Source of the DNA: Chrysomallon squamiferum
Lineage: Eukaryota > Animalia > Mollusca
Reading direction: 5' to 3'
Length of the DNA: 64,000 nucleotides
Assembly (NCBI GenBank): GCA_012295275.1
Contig: CM022667.1
Location: forward strand, 16,554,001-16,618,000
The notes beneath the pieces were generated by a model. It was given only the letters and a program-made list of their open reading frames with translations. It was not told the DNA's origin and did no database searches. Shown here in pieces: positions 1 through 16,596 of the stretch (its first letter is position 1; every line of letters begins with the position of its first letter). A program made the translations under genes and the position numbers.

Positions 1-477
1 TAATTAACCTCGGCTGTCCTCGTGAAAATTCGGCGTCGATAATTCTGTCACGTTTTAGCGGTATAATTATTAATTTATATGCGCACGACTGAAGGATATT
101 GTAATTATTTGTAAATTTATCATACGTGGAGAAAAGAAAATGGTCAGAAAGCAGTCAACTAAAATGTTTATGATTTTTTGGTTTGAATAGTTAAGCAAAT
201 AATTGTGACCAAAAGTATAGGGTAACCTCTGTCTTATTTGTTTTCAGGTTTCCAGCATGATTTTTTATTATCTCTTTACCTGTCAGAATAAATCTACTGC
301 TTTCACCTTTCCCACTGATGTTAACACTAGCTACTGCTATTGTTTCTACGTCTGTTATCACAGCAACGTTGCTGTCGTCTCCTACTACTACTACGGCAGG
401 TACCATTCATATCTGTATAACGTAATTAAAAGAGTATATAAATAAATAAATACATGTAGTAAGAAAGGCAGAGATAT

Positions 478-566
<89 letters not shown>

Positions 567-1962
567 CAGACAGACAGACAGACAGAGTATGTGTATACGT
601 ATGTAGGTAATTAATTCAGGCGCTATGCTGGAAATGAGGTGTTTACAACCCATTACTATTACAAATGTAACAATAACCGTTGTTCAAATCAGATTTATTT
701 ATATCCACAGGCATGCTGATCCTGGGGTGTAGATAGGTGTGGCTGATTACGGAAAAAGATGAAAGCTTCGGGTTGTAAATATGCTCAGGAGAAAACAGTG
801 TTATATTAAATGACGTCTCATAAACTCTTTGAATTCGAATCAGCTGAACTAATCCTCTAAGATAAGAACTCAAAAACCTTGGTTTAGAGCAATGGATGGA
901 TATAAATGCACATTTAAAGCAGAAAGTAAAATATTTCAGTGAAAAAACAAATCAGAAATATAAATAAAAATAACAACATTTAAAAAAAGACGGTTTAAAA
1001 TCTCTCATGCATCTTATTAGAATACTTGGTAATTAAATTTAACTCCTTTCTAATACGTCATTAATCCTTTGATTGAAAAAAAAAGGTTTTAATTCTACTG
1101 ATTGTTAATAATACTCTACAAACAATTTCATTAACGGTTATGAGACTTTTCTGATACCATGGGAACCTTTCATTTCATTGGATGCTCAGCTGCTGGTCTT
1201 GGACACTGATTAATATTCATTAACCTCAGTTATAGATTTATCAACGTTCCAATGAGAACGGGTCTAATCCTAACAGTCAGAGCCTGTATGAAGCTTACCT
1301 AAAGCCCGCACTCTGAAAGAAAACTTCAAACAAGCTGATTCTAGGCAAAATTATTAAGTTATTAATTCAAGAGTCTTGCTGTGAGCAATGTAACTTGTAA
1401 CGACTCGCGTGTTTAACGGTGAATGGAAGGTTTTAAACTGCAAACTGGATTCGTCCCTGTGGCTGATTGAAATAAACTCGCGAAAAGACAGCTGAACAAG
1501 AGACTTGTCTTAACCTGTCTTGTTTGAGTGGATTTAAGATGCTTTGACACTAACACTAGCTGGTACTTAGAGCCGTTGTTTGTTTGTCTGTGTGTACGTT
1601 TTCGTGTTTGTCTGTGTGCACGTTTATTTCTTGTCTGTGAATTTGTTTGCCTGTTTGCTTATTTCAAGAAGGTCACGTGTGACAACGATTGTTTGTTTTT
1701 GTTGTTGTTGTTGTTGCTGTTGCTGCTGAGCAGTTCATTATATGATTGTTTTGTTTGTTTATTTGTTTGTTTTTTTTCTAATTTCTATTTACACTGCCAT
1801 TTTTCAGCTGTCCCATTGACAGTCTTCTGTCGATTTGCCCGTCCGTTCATCCGTCTCATTGTGAGTGGCTAACCCACCTATCTATACGTCTCTCTGTCTG
1901 TTACTTTTCTGTATGTATGTGTATGTATGTATGCATGTACGTATGTGTTTTTTATATGTATA

Positions 1963-1997
<35 letters not shown>

Positions 1998-2071
1998 ATA
2001 CGTTGTGTGTATTGCCCTCCTTCTACTCATCATCATCATCATCATATTATTATTATTATTATTATTACTGA

Positions 2072-2176
<105 letters not shown>

Positions 2177-5100
2177 CTTTCTGTTACACACACATAAACA
2201 TAAACAGATACACATACATATACTCTTTCATAGTAATTCTCTGTTTCCAAAAATGTTCTGTGCAAAAACTCCGAAACATCAGTGATGTTAATAGTTAGGC
2301 ATCCTACTTTATTCAGTTCACGACCCCCTCCCCAATTTTTCGGCAGAAAATAACAAATTCCCATCTGCCACGTTCCCCTCACGTATTTCTCATTCAAACA
2401 ATTCTTCGAGTTTGCAGCCAATTAACAACACTGAGAGCGCGATCGATTGTGTACACTTACTGTGTTCCGTCTGGCGACAGCTAAATGGACACAGCGCACG
2501 AATAGGTTGACAAAATTTAGGAGGCAAATGCCTGAACGGCGCGCTTTTAATGTTTTCTCTATTGGCTTTCAACACGAGACAATATTTGAACCGAAATCTG
2601 GTGATCTTTCGTTATTCAGTTATGTACTGTGTTGTTATTGTTTGCTGCTGTTGCTGCTGTTGCTGCTGCTGCTGCTGCTACTACAGTTATCATTTTATTC
2701 ATGTTGTTGTTGTTACTATCTATATAGTTATTTATTTTTCTTATTATTATTGTTGTCGTTGCTGTTGCTACTGCTCTGTATAAATTTATTAGTAGTAGTA
2801 ACACTGGTAGTAACAGAAGACGTAACCACTGTTTCATCAGCAAAAGTAGTACAACTAAAAGCAGCAGTAGAAGTAATAGAATAGTAGCATGAGCTGTATT
2901 ATAGTACTAACACCGCAGCATTAGTAACAGTTATATACAGGTAGAAAAAGTAGTTACAGTAGTAGGAGTAGTACAACAGTAGCTGTAGTAGCAAGAATAC
3001 TAGTAATAGCTCTTGTACTAATAGTGATAGTAGTTGTAGTAGTAAATATTAGAAAAAACAGTAGTAAAATTAATAAAAGAATAGAAATAGTAGTAGAAAT
3101 ATTTGTAGTAGTAGTAGTAGTTGTTGTTGTTGTTGTTGTTGTAGCTGTGTTGTTGTTGCAGCAGCAGAAAAAGATTGTGAACTGTACGCAACTACCGTTC
3201 TAATTGAATGTTTATAGTTATTTATGTTGCTATGGTTTCTATGATATTGTCGTGATTATCCCAGCTGTCGCACCTTTTTGTGTTTTGTATGAAATATTAT
3301 CATTATTTCATAAAAAGTGAAATGTAAACAGAATAATAAATAAATTAATTAATTAATTAAAAATATAGAAAAAAACCCATTAAAAACAACAACAACATAA
3401 TATTATCATAAACATATCAATAATTATACTAACATTGCAATGTGGCACATTCATATGAAAAGTGAAAGAAAATTATTAAAAGTTAGTAAAACTTGCCAAA
3501 TCCTTCGAACGAGTAAATTAGTTAAATGAATGATTTATAATTATTCCATTCATCATTAACGATCAACAGTTTATTTTTATTTATTTTACTTTGGTCTGAT
3601 GCTCTTTGTTTATCAACTCATCAAGTTATACAGGAATAATACTATCTCGGCCAACAGATCAGGAATCATGGAGAAATGTACTAGTTTGTAAACAACACCT
3701 CGCAAATTAAAAATTGACTTCTAGAAAAAAAATTAGAAATCGGACAGGAATAAAACAAACTTCTAGTTGCTAGTAACAGTTTTATTCTAATTACTGATCA
3801 ATATATCATTTTGACAGGAATATTTAGTTAATAACGATCACGCCACCAACCTGATAACAATATACTAGATTATATTCAATGCACAACAAACTGAATAAGC
3901 TTAAACCAGTTAATTATCATCAAATCAAAAGCGCAATGCTGTAAGTGATACATAAATGTCAGACATAAATGTGATGTACGTATCAATAACAAGTGAAATA
4001 CTGGATATCAACTCCAAAGCGTACCCATAAAGGCTTACGATTATGTTCTTCAGTGTTCGCTATGTAAATTATACTAATAAAACATAATGACAACAAGTTA
4101 AGTTATATAATACATGTTAACGTCACAAGCTACCAATAAAATAACTGAGAATACGTGTATACAATACCTTTTCACACTCGATCCATAGATACGCAGCAAT
4201 TACTTAACTCGTACGGCAATTACGAAAAGAGCTTCCACGCAGTTTTCAATATCCAATGTCACAGACAGACTGTTAATTACTCCCTTGTCTTCTCTATCCA
4301 TGCCTCGACAACAGGAGATCTCTTAATATTCACTGCACAATTGTTGTTTACTTGTTAACACACCGTTAATAAGACAAAACAAATCTACTGCAATAATCTC
4401 TCTGTATCAACGCCAAAGAGTCAAACCACTATACTGGTATCCAGTCAATATAAAATAAAGTAATAAAGTTAGATTACTCTTTCCCTGTGAACAAATAACT
4501 GTTATGATCCTATGGTCAACAGATGGACAAGCTGGTCATTGTGAAGCCATTGGCTATCATTCTTGTTTACATTGCCCTTCAGAGGTCACGAACAGGGGAC
4601 AATGGTGTGACAGGGGGACACCTCCCCACGGCGAGTACGACAGCTAAATCTCGTCAAAATATGTTTTCATATTGTCAAGAACCAACGCGAACAGAATTTG
4701 CATCTGTAACGACAGGCTTTTTTTTTTTTTTTTTTTTCGGCACTTGACGGTGTCATATTGATCCCGCAGGGCTTTAGCTGTGTTTTGGGAGTTTTATTGA
4801 GATACAGGTCAGTGCGATTTGAAGGGGTAGGTCAAAATATTTTTGAATATCACTTGAGTCGACTGAAGAATAAAGTTGTCGTTAAGATAAATAATAGTAA
4901 CTAGAAACACACATATACATACACACATACAAATACACCGCACTTATACACGTGCATACATACATACATACACACACATATCTATATAAATACAAATATC
5001 CTACTAGACGCATGCATATATGCGCATCTATACACACGCACATTATACATATAATGCAATCAAGTAATCAAACAAACCTGTATTCAATAAAATTAACATT

Positions 5101-5291
5101 TTTCTTTTAAAGTGAAAATAATAGTTCTATATCAGTGAATAACCCATCACACTTTAAGACTAGATCGATCATGCAGCTATAACTAACATTTCATACGGTC
5201 ACTGTTTAGCGATCAAACCAAACAACATATGCATAGATTAAAGATTATGCTATTATATTAATTATTTAGTGTTTTAAAACGGAAACAGTAA

Positions 5292-5332
<41 letters not shown>

Positions 5333-7619
5333 CACACAAACACGCACACATATATCATACATGGCTACAGCCTCGATTTAGAAACAAAATAACGACATAA
5401 ATTAAATATGTCCTGTATAAACACGATCGAACAAACAAATAATAAATAGCTGCTCAGTGCTGACAAAGCGAGATACACAAATAAATAAAATATTTCAGTA
5501 TTAGCGTAAAAGAAAACAAAAATTGCTCATATAATCCTGTAAATGTAAAAAAAAAAAAAAAACTAATCAGATATTTTGTACTTACCACTCGCGACAAGTA
5601 GACAAAATTAAATAAATATGTCTGCAATGTTCAGATTTGCAACCGATTCGCTGCTACTGTTGACTGCTAAATGTCGACAAGATATATAACCTTGTTAATA
5701 AGATTTTCTAATATAATGGAAAGCAAGGTAATTAACTGCAGAAACATATTTTTTTTTTTTTTTTTTTAGATCGAAGACCTTCTCAGATATCATCATTCAT
5801 TGAAATAACAACAGCTGTAGTAAGGTAGATAGAGAGAACTTGTTCATAACTAATCGATAACCTTGGAGTTACGTTAAAAAAACTCACTGTCGTTATAGCT
5901 CTCTTACACGAAACATGTTTCATTTTATTATTTTCTATTAGGCTCTTTCTCTCTCACGTCTATCTTTTTCTGCCTCTATCTATCTATGAATACGTCTATC
6001 TGTCATTCTCTCTCTTTCATTATGTATGTTATGTTTATGTACGTATGTATGTATGTATGAATGTATGTATGTATGTATGTATGTGTGTATGTATATACGT
6101 ACGTATGTACGAATGTATGTATGTATGTATAAAAACACACAAACATAAACACACATATATATGCATTTACATACATATTAAAAATATTTAATGCATGTGA
6201 CACATGGTGACAAATAACTTTTATTACTAATAAAAAGTATCTGTGTAGTCTTTCATGGAACAATAAACTGGATACATATCTGATAGCGAAATATGTATGC
6301 TTACGATAACATATTACTTATGTTCCTATGTACCTCTAAACTTAGTACTTAAATTGTCATCAAACCTGATATTAATTATATATTTGAAGGCATTATCTGC
6401 CTGAATGAAAATAGCAACTGTAATACACTTTTATTAGAAATATATCCTAGAAAATAAATTACTTATATACGGACTTAACTTTATTTAGAAATAATCCTTA
6501 TGAAAACTGAAAATACCTTGAAACCAGGAAAATACACTCACTGCTCCAAAACTTGTTTCGTCCTAATGAAATATCCTTTATTAAAAAATTCAAATGTATT
6601 ATTCAGCATGCGGTATGCGTTGACATTATATTTAAGAAGCAAAACCTTACAGAGCTTAAATCGAGGTTTAAAAATTAAATCTTACTTTTTGGTTTTGTTT
6701 GAAAATAATAATAATAAATTCCAGTGAAATAAAAGACATTAAATTCCACAGGTAAAAGAAAATATCATGCATCATAATTCTGTAGATCTCACAAGCAAAA
6801 CCCTGACAAAGATAATATATGCCATATTTTATTATATTTATGTTCATCAGAACAAAAGTAAGTATCAGTAATAAAAATAAAAATTAATTAATTACCTCGG
6901 TTTGTAATCGTTACAGACACAGGAAACATCTGGCAAACGACAGCGTTCTGTATTCCAGTTTAGAACGAAGAACAAAACAATGTGTCTAATGTTTTATAGT
7001 CAGTATCAGCTCTATCACAATTTACGAGCTAGCTGATTGAGAAGTATTGTTATGTCCATAGTCACTGACTCCTGAAACACACGTGGCACATGCAAGTTCA
7101 ATGCATTAAACAACAGTATCGGGGGAAAGGGAAAACAAACCACAGTAATATCAGAGAATAAAATTCTAATGGCAAAATATAGCTGTTTTCACCACTTTAG
7201 TGTATTAAATAACATCTTTTGAAAGGAATCCACATCAGCTACACAGAGACATATGTAAACTGAACAATGAACTTAATGGATACTTTTTCCCATTTTTATT
7301 TTCAAACTGCTGTTCGTCATAGTCGATGTTAATTGGTCTTTTTGATCAAAAAAAAAAGAGAAAAAAATGTTAAACAGTCACGTGAAATGTATGTTTGAAA
7401 ATATCTCAGTTGTTATCTAAACTTGAAGTCATCCCTGCGTGAATGACAGATGTTGTTTGGCTTCTGTTGATGTCGACCAACAAGCTGTGCCATGTTAAAA
7501 ACTAATTAAGTAAGTGGAAGTCACATCTGTGTGTTCCAAGAGCAATTATAGATAAATATGACCGCTGCTGTTATTTGTAAAACTCAACCAATATATTTTT
7601 GTACATACAAGTGACAATT

Positions 7620-7741
7620 CTGTCGGGTTAAAATAAGAACTACAGCCTATCGTATTAAAATAAGCTCTTCGTTTTGTCGTATTAAAATAAGCGCTACGGT
7701 CTCTCGTATTTAAATAAGCTCTTCGGTTCTGTCGCATAAAA
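7620..7741. repeat. Minisatellite, ~27-bp unit, ~4.5 copies
   Basis: A TCGTATTAAAATAAGC-type core recurs at about 7623, 7650, 7677, 7704 and 7732. Confidence 0.85.
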
Positions 7742-8301
7742 ATTATGCCTTGCTGGGACAGAATACATTAAACATATTGGTTCGAAGATTGACAAACAGA
7801 AATATTTTAATTTGCATATACATATTCGGACGATCCTATCGCATTAAAATTGCGGATAGCTTTTCTGCGAAAGAAATGATTAAACGTGAAGTTTAACCAA
7901 TAGCACTCTTTTAATTAGTATGTACACACAGATGAATAATTGCTGTGGTATCAAATTTTCTGCGAAAAAAATTGAAAACTCTATAGGCTGCAGTTTTATC
8001 AAACACCAAGATTTTAGTTACTTTGTTTGCACATAAAGTCGGGTAGTTTCTGTCGTATTAAAAATACACACGAGATCGTCCTCCTTCACTTGAAATGATG
8101 ATGAGTTAACTGAATTTTACTAACAGTGTTATATCCTCTGACTAGAACCTTTCTGCCCTTTTAAATATGTTATCGACTTTGATTCGGTTACAGTTGTGTG
8201 GAAGCTTTCCTAGGTTTTCGGAAATTTGACGGACATTGGAGATAATTTATAAAACTAATAGAGGAAAAATATTTAGAAAATCAAGAGAAAGTATTAAATA
8301 A

Positions 8302-8336
<35 letters not shown>

Positions 8337-8865
8337 GATATCAAGTTTACAAATCAAAATATAGACATAAGAAAGTATATACACAAAGATCCACACACAT
8401 ACACACACATACATTTACACAAAGAAACACAAACACACACACACACAGAGACACACACAAAACAAAAGTAAAAAAATAAAGACCAGTTCTGCTGTTAATA
8501 CACTGTGTCAAATAAACGACCGTCTTTAAAATAAACTGTTTTCATTGAGATTAATATGTTTATACATGCAGCAGTGTTGAAATACATAAAATACAATAGC
8601 TGATGAATAAACTGTTCAAACAAAATGTATATTCACCTCATATACTTTCATATTATAATACGCTGACTCATTCTAATAAACTATGTGTCGATAACAAATA
8701 TTTTTGTTTTAAATTCAGAAACACTCCCTTCACTCAGAAACTGAGAAAAATCAAAAGGAGCTGGATAGATAAGTAGATAGATAAATTAGACAGACAGACA
8801 GAGGGAGATAAATACAAGCACTTAGACGAACCGAGAGAGAGAGAAAGAAAGATAGAGAAAGAGAG

Positions 8866-8961
<96 letters not shown>

Positions 8962-11610
8962 AGATATTAAAAAAAAGAAAATATCATCACAATAAACAAA
9001 GAACCGAATTACCAAGAATATTTTATCTTTCACTGAAACTTTCGACAGTGAAAATATTTTGAAACGCCATATCAGTATTGATATATGTTTAATAAACTAA
9101 TTAACTCTATTTTCTATTTTCTATTTTACAAGCCAAACAATGTCAGCCTACCCCAACCCTTTACTCCATCAGATGCCCCGACTTCAAACGTAACATTATC
9201 CGTCACCAGTCATGTTCACAGGTAAGCGTTAAAACCTGAGTAAACGTTGAGCACCAGTCGTTTTCAAAGGAGCGTAACGCGGAACCGGATTAGCCCCAGG
9301 ACGTCAAGAGCCAGTCAACTAACATCAGAAGAGAAAAGGGAATTCTTGAGACGACTGTTTCTCAATCCAGCTATGATTCGACAGAGAAAAATGTCCGCCA
9401 ATTAATACCTTTAAAAGACCTTGCACTTGTTGGACAAACACTTGGCAAATCAAAATAATTAACAACAGGAAAAACCGCTTCAACGCCCTTGATTTTTTGT
9501 TATTATACGAAATACCGTGTTACTGTTACTGTTAAACACCTGTGTTTTGGGAGAGTTTTCTTTCAATGATATAGTTAATAATTTAAAAACTGTTTTACAC
9601 TGATGTAGTTAATGCGATTTTTAAAATAGCTTTCTATTGTTATAATCAATGTGATTTATAAAAGTGTATTTTACCTTTGTCTTATTACTTGCATTTGGGT
9701 AATTTATTTAAAATAAAACAGCAATAACAACAACAACAATGGTTGTGATGAAAATTAAAACGTTAATAATTTTAATGATAACGATAACAACGGTAGAGAG
9801 AGAGAAAGGGAAAATATAAAGTAAACAGTTAAACTTAAAGAATGAAAAACAAAGAAAACATTGTTCATAGGTTTTGGTTGTAACAAATTTTAAATATAAA
9901 TAAATAATGAAAGTTAGAAGAAAAGAAAACTGAAATGAATCGGAAACTCTAGAAAGAAAGAAAGAAGTAAAAGAAACAAAACAAAGAAATCAAAATGAAA
10001 TATTTCCTTTTGTCATCTCTCACGCGAATCACTCACGAATTTAAATCTTTAATCATCACCTAATTAATAAATCCATATCGTATTTCAGAATCTCGGCTAC
10101 CTAACAACGGCCTCGTGAATCACACGACGTTTTTAAATTACCTCAATTATTTTTCTACTTCATACATCTCCCAGGCGCGTCTCCAGACGAAGTCTCTTCA
10201 GAAATTAAATAAATAATTTGCTACGTTGAACAAAGAGTTGAAAAAATTCCCATAAAGATAAATCGATGACTAAATTACCTAGCAAAACATTAATTCTGTT
10301 GATAATTTATTTCCAAAATTAATCAGCCATATGTTGATTGAATAAATACATTTCTGTATTTTTTTTCCTCTATTTTTAAAAATAGTTTTCATATAAAGAT
10401 CGAATAACGAACGTCATAAGTACTGTCATTTACTTATTCTGTTCTCTCAGCTGAGGCCAAAAGATCTATAATTATTCTGCGATGTTTACTGAAATAAGTA
10501 AATTAAAATCATTAGCAGATAGGAAGAAAACAAGGACAACGCTAATATGGTTGTTATTTATGACGTCAACGGCGATGATGATAATCATTTCGGCTACAGT
10601 TGTAATAACTATGATGATGATGTCGGCGAAGGTGAAATATCTTTATATGATGTCGTGATGATAACGAAGATGAATGTTGATGATGTTAAAAACTGAAGTG
10701 CTAACCATGAAAATGTCAGTAGTATAGATGATGTAATATATGTGATGATGGTACTTACTATGCTTACAAAAAAAAAAGAGAGAAGAAAACAAAACAGAAG
10801 ACTTCAAAAACATGGTCAACATGAAACACGTAGACAATTTAAATTCTGAAATTAGAAACTGCATAATTTATTTATAAGCTATGGTATCACATATAGGTAG
10901 ATGTAGGTAGCAGATAGGTATAATGCTTTTATACACACAAAATATGCATCAAGTACTTACGAAAACTAAATATTCTAGGAGTCTCGCTGCTTGACAAATT
11001 AATAGGCTTTCTTCTCACGCAAAATGTGTGTTTAGTACATGACCTTAAACAGAAATGTTATACTGAACTACATAACAGACACGGTGATATAATTATACGT
11101 TATTATACTAATATATTAACAAATATAAAGACAAGACCGCACTTTTTGTGTTCATCATCACCACCACCATCTACATAATCTGAATCATTACATCTCAATT
11201 ATCACTACCAGTACACCAGCATCATCTTATCATCATCGCCATCACCTTCATCATCACCACTGTTATGGTCACCATCAACAGCGCCACCAGTTCTGGGATA
11301 TAATCAGTGGTGTCTATCGATTAAGTTAATGCTGATTAGTGGCGATGTGGGCCGTGTCAGGCCCCATGCAGCGATCTACCTAAATTATGTTAGTCACAGT
11401 CGTGTTTAACACATCATTTACAATCAGAGGAGAGACAATAATTACAGTATTTTGAAAGAAGACATTATTTACACTGTGTAAGACTATATCTAAATTAAAC
11501 AAAACATATGTGTTGTCTGTTTCATAGTTTAGTTCAAGCCAAATGACACAAGCAAACATATATACACAAATACACACCCAAAATGTACACAAACAAACAC
11601 TAATACGTAT

Positions 11611-11696
<86 letters not shown>

Positions 11697-13469
11697 TTTC
11701 AAATGCAGTATTTCCCGTTCATGCCAGAGCTCAACAAGAGGTTCTGTCCTGTCTGTGAGATGGTGCATGAAAAGGAATCTTCATTGTTAATCTGAGAGTA
11801 ATTCATTTCATAGCGGATTTTAACTCTCATCCATGAAAAACTAACAAAAACATCCACACAACTATAATACAGTAGGACAGAGAAGGCGTACCAAAGAAGT
11901 TGTCTCACAGAAAAATCACCTGCACGGCAGCATCGAGAGTGTAACACCTTCACACTTACACAACACCAACACGAGCTGTGCAAACACAATTTAATTTAAT
12001 TGGCTACTTTTTTGAGCGCACACCGTTTACTTTAGCTAATGTAAATTTTACATTATCTCAACACAAAACTGCTTTAAAAAATAATAATACGTTCAGAAAA
12101 AAGGAGGAAAAAGAAACAGATCGGGTAAGGAAAACAAAAAAAGGGTGCGAGATTATGTTGCGCTACGCTGGAACACAGTGACCTTTAGTTCGTTTGTCTG
12201 GGGTAGTGATATTTATACAAAAGGTTAAGTGAGTGTTTGCATTTCTTAAAGCCGGTCGTATACAAAACAGAAAATATATATACTGAGAAGAAAAAACAAA
12301 ACAAAAAACATCGTAATTACACCCGTAACGTAATATTATTTTAAAGGCGATTTGACCTAACGCTCGTGGTAGAATGTTTTATTATCTTCTTTTTCATCTT
12401 TTTCTTGTTTCATTCATTTCTTTTTTTTCGATACGTATATTCTTTCATACAGCAGCATCAATTGCTAATGTTATAACAACAGTTAATATTACCACTACAT
12501 CTATTAATTACTACCACTACTACTATTATCATTACAACTGTTAATTACTACTACTGCTACTACTACTACTACTACTACTACTACTATTACTGCTACTGCT
12601 ACTGCGAGTATAGCTATCACTACCGCCAGCAAAACAACAATTACTACTACTATAATTACAACTACAATAACTACTAATACTACTAATATTCAAAATATTC
12701 CTCTCCTTTTACTATTAATACTTCAATATATTATATATTATTAAAAGTATTTTTACTCCCACTTCTTACCATTACTAATACTAATACTAATGCTATTTTT
12801 CCTGTTACTATAGATGGTACTATTGCTATTATTGCTACTACTACTAGTGATATTAGTACTACTACTACTACTACTATTACTACTATTGCTACTGTTACTA
12901 CTACTCCTACTATGAAATCATAATTTTTTTCAATAATGCTAGTATTGCTGCCGTTACTGTTACTACTTGCACATAATTATTTTTTAAATATTTTCTGCTA
13001 CTGCGTCCATTAATGCTGAAAACGATTTCAACCAGTGTTATACATATAATTATTAGGTTTTTTATTTCTTTCTAATGACTGCCACTGATCAAACTGCTGT
13101 TACTTTTACTGATGTGTTTATCATTTCCTCTTTATCATCTTGCCAATGAATTTATTTTTTCGCTTCGCTTCATTAACTTAAGAAAATAATAGATTGAAAA
13201 CATTAACGCATCATTTATCTAAATAATATACTAATTTATATATAATCACAGCTTCAAGAGAAAAAAATGTGCTGATGATAAATCGATAAATGTCTATACT
13301 GAAATTTCAGTATTTAGTAAAATTTTTATCTACGAAATAATTAGTTTATGGATGCACTACTGTTAAAATGTTGAGTTTGGTGTTGTATTTATGAATGTGG
13401 TTATATGTGTCTGTGTGCATGTCTGTATGTGTCTCTGTATGTATGTATGTATGTTTGTATGTATGTATG

Positions 13470-13531
<62 letters not shown>

Positions 13532-14249
13532 TGTATGTATGTATGTATGTATGTATATGTGTGTGTATGAATGTGTGTATGTATTCGGAGGCATACACTA
13601 GCCTACATTAACCAGTCCATCTATTCTCATTTGGGTATTAATTTTTATTACTTCTTGAAAAGTTAATTTGCTGGAGAAAAAAAAAAACTCGACCAAAGAA
13701 TAATAATGAAAATTGATACCATTTTCTGTTCCACCGCCTCTTTTTATCGCGCTGTAAAACCCAAACAAAAGCAAAACCCTCGCTCGTAAATCCTCCGATA
13801 TTAAAATATCATAAACGATTAGATTTTAGTGCTGATCGCAAAACCAGAAAAGAAGTGTTCAGTAAAACATAAAACGCATCACTTGCTAACTTCTGAAGAT
13901 TAATGAATGATAAAACCCCAGTTCGAGCGGATTTCATTATCAAGTAACGTCGATGACCGTGGCTCTTTTATTACCAGCGCTGTTTGGAAAGTAGTATGGG
14001 AAAAGTCATTGTATTGCACGCTGCTGCAGAGATTTTCTGTAATGTTTTTTTTGTGTGTGTGTCTGTGTGAAGAAAGTGGAGAGAAGTTTTACTATTGTCC
14101 AAATTCACCGATTCGTGAAAACGTGAAAACTGGATTTGTGTATCGAGTTTATTGAAAGAATCGTATTTAACTGTTATTAATATAGATACTTCTATTACTA
14201 ATACTACTACAACAACCACTATTACAACTATTACTATTACCATTATTAC

Positions 14250-14303
<54 letters not shown>

Positions 14304-15124
14304 TGCTACTGCTACTACTATAATTACTAGTACTAACTCTATTACCACCAAATTGTGTCTGTTACTGATAACACAACAGCTACTATACTACTACTTTTAC
14401 TATTACTAAGCTAATAATACTTTGTTGCTGCTCTTGGTTTGTCGTTTTCATCATTATTATTATCATTGTCATCACTAATATCGACATCATATTCATCGCC
14501 ATCATCATAACAATCCTATCAACATTTTATGCAAACCATTTTGTTTTAGTTTTTCATTACAAATGTTACATTACACAAATAACATATTCATTTGTCACAC
14601 AATACACTCTACCATACTTCATCACTGTCACTTAGAATTCATTCATAAAGCGTTACGTTTACATTTAACTGTGTTACTCACAACCGTTAATGAAATTTGT
14701 CACCGACGTATAAGTTTCCGGTAATACTACAGTCATAGGTAGTTAAGTCATCCTACACAAAAATGGCTCTACTTGACAGCAGTTTCCCTAAGGGAACAGA
14801 CAAGTATACTCTCAAAACATGAACTCTAGTATCTTCGTTTCCTCTAAGTATAAAGAATCGGAAAATTATATTTATGCCGTTTTAACAATTCCTCGCCACG
14901 AAAATTACTATTTATTAAGTGAACATATTCATTAAAATGATAATATATTGCTAGTGAATAACAATTGCAATGCCATTGAAACGTGGGAATTAGTCAGAAA
15001 CACTTTTATAAACACCTACATAAAAAATACGTATCTTCTACAAAATAAAGAAAGCATGAAAATATGCACATAAACTCACATACACTATCATATATCACCT
15101 ACCCACACAAATACATACAGTAGC

Positions 15125-15254
<130 letters not shown>

Positions 15255-15551
15255 GTATTCATACAAATTAAAACAAATAATTTATTTCCGACATGCACAC
15301 GTAACTTTCACCCTCTATAACATTTGAGATCCGCCCACACTTGGAAACACAGCTCAGGCTGCCTGCTAACTTTACGTCAGATAATAAGACACCTGGAATT
15401 TAATGCGCCACTTGCTGATATACAATAGGTCACAGAGGACATTGTTAAAATAGGAAAATTACTAAGACAGTACCTTCAGGCTAATTTGCAAAACGATAAA
15501 TCACATGACTTTGGAAATTAAATTAATATGTGAAATACATCTGGATTAAAT

Positions 15552-15586
<35 letters not shown>

Positions 15587-15979
15587 CAGCAACAACAACA
15601 ACAAATGCAATTATTATTGTTGTGTTCTTGTTGTTGTTATTATTATTATTATTATTATGAGTAGTAGTAGTAGCAGTAGTGATATTAGTAATAGTATTGG
15701 CATTAGTATTAATAACGTCAGATGTACTAATAATACTGAAAACATCCATGCACATTTCTATATACAAATTCCCATACATGTGTGTGTGTGTGTGTGTGAA
15801 AGTGAAATATACACAGATAATTATATTTGTATGCACCATTCAAATAAATATGTTAAAATCGCACTTAATGGCGGGTGTGACAGAGATATTTTTACGCATT
15901 ATCTCTCATACATATATGTATAAATTTTATGTATAAATTACATTATTCTCAAATAAGCTTATGCAAGTGAAATAAGTAC

Positions 15980-16013
<34 letters not shown>

Positions 16014-16310
16014 TATGGATAATAACACGGATTAACCACATTAACGCACAATGTACACATTAAAAAAAAAAAAAAAAAAAAAAAATTAAACCATGATCGC
16101 GGTATTCGTATTTATAAACATTTTGAAATTGCGACATAAAAACCAGCGTTAGTATTACAAATCTACGACCGACTCGTAAGTACACAAAAGCACATGGCAG
16201 GGTATGAAATGGGACGTGTCCGATGCGTCAAGCTGTCGGGTAAACAGAAACATTCAACACAAACGTTTACGTTCGGTTAATTAAAGAACGCGGCAATTAA
16301 CGATCGATAG

Positions 16311-16510
16311 CTTACCTTCAGCCTGGTTTACACCTGTCCTCTCGCACCTCTCGTCCGTTCCACGCGATTGTGCGAGAATTAGGTCAAACTTGAATGTGAT
16401 ACGAATCTAGAAGATGACCCGACTAGAGAGAACACACACACACACACGACAAACCAGGAGATAAAGCTTTTGTAAAGCAGTGTAGGTTATATACATATAC
16501 GTCACGTGAC
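16311..16510 (-). promoter_or_regulatory. Candidate promoter and non-coding first exon of a minus-strand gene
   Basis: Palindromic E-box GTCACGTGAC at 16501-16510, minus-strand TATATAA at 16493-16487, then ~150 nt of higher-GC, CpG-rich sequence ending in the consensus donor AAG|GTAAGC (GT at 16315-16314). Confidence 0.35.
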
Positions 16511-16596
16511 ACGAGTTTGAAAATAATCAATGGAGCAGCACATGACTTGCAGACGACCTTCGAGATAGCTCTTATTTACTTTTACTATATTACTAT

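Noticed and set aside
9133-9227. Possible plus-strand exon ending CAG|GTAAGC
   Set aside because: It is isolated, encodes no recognisable peptide and has no partner exons.
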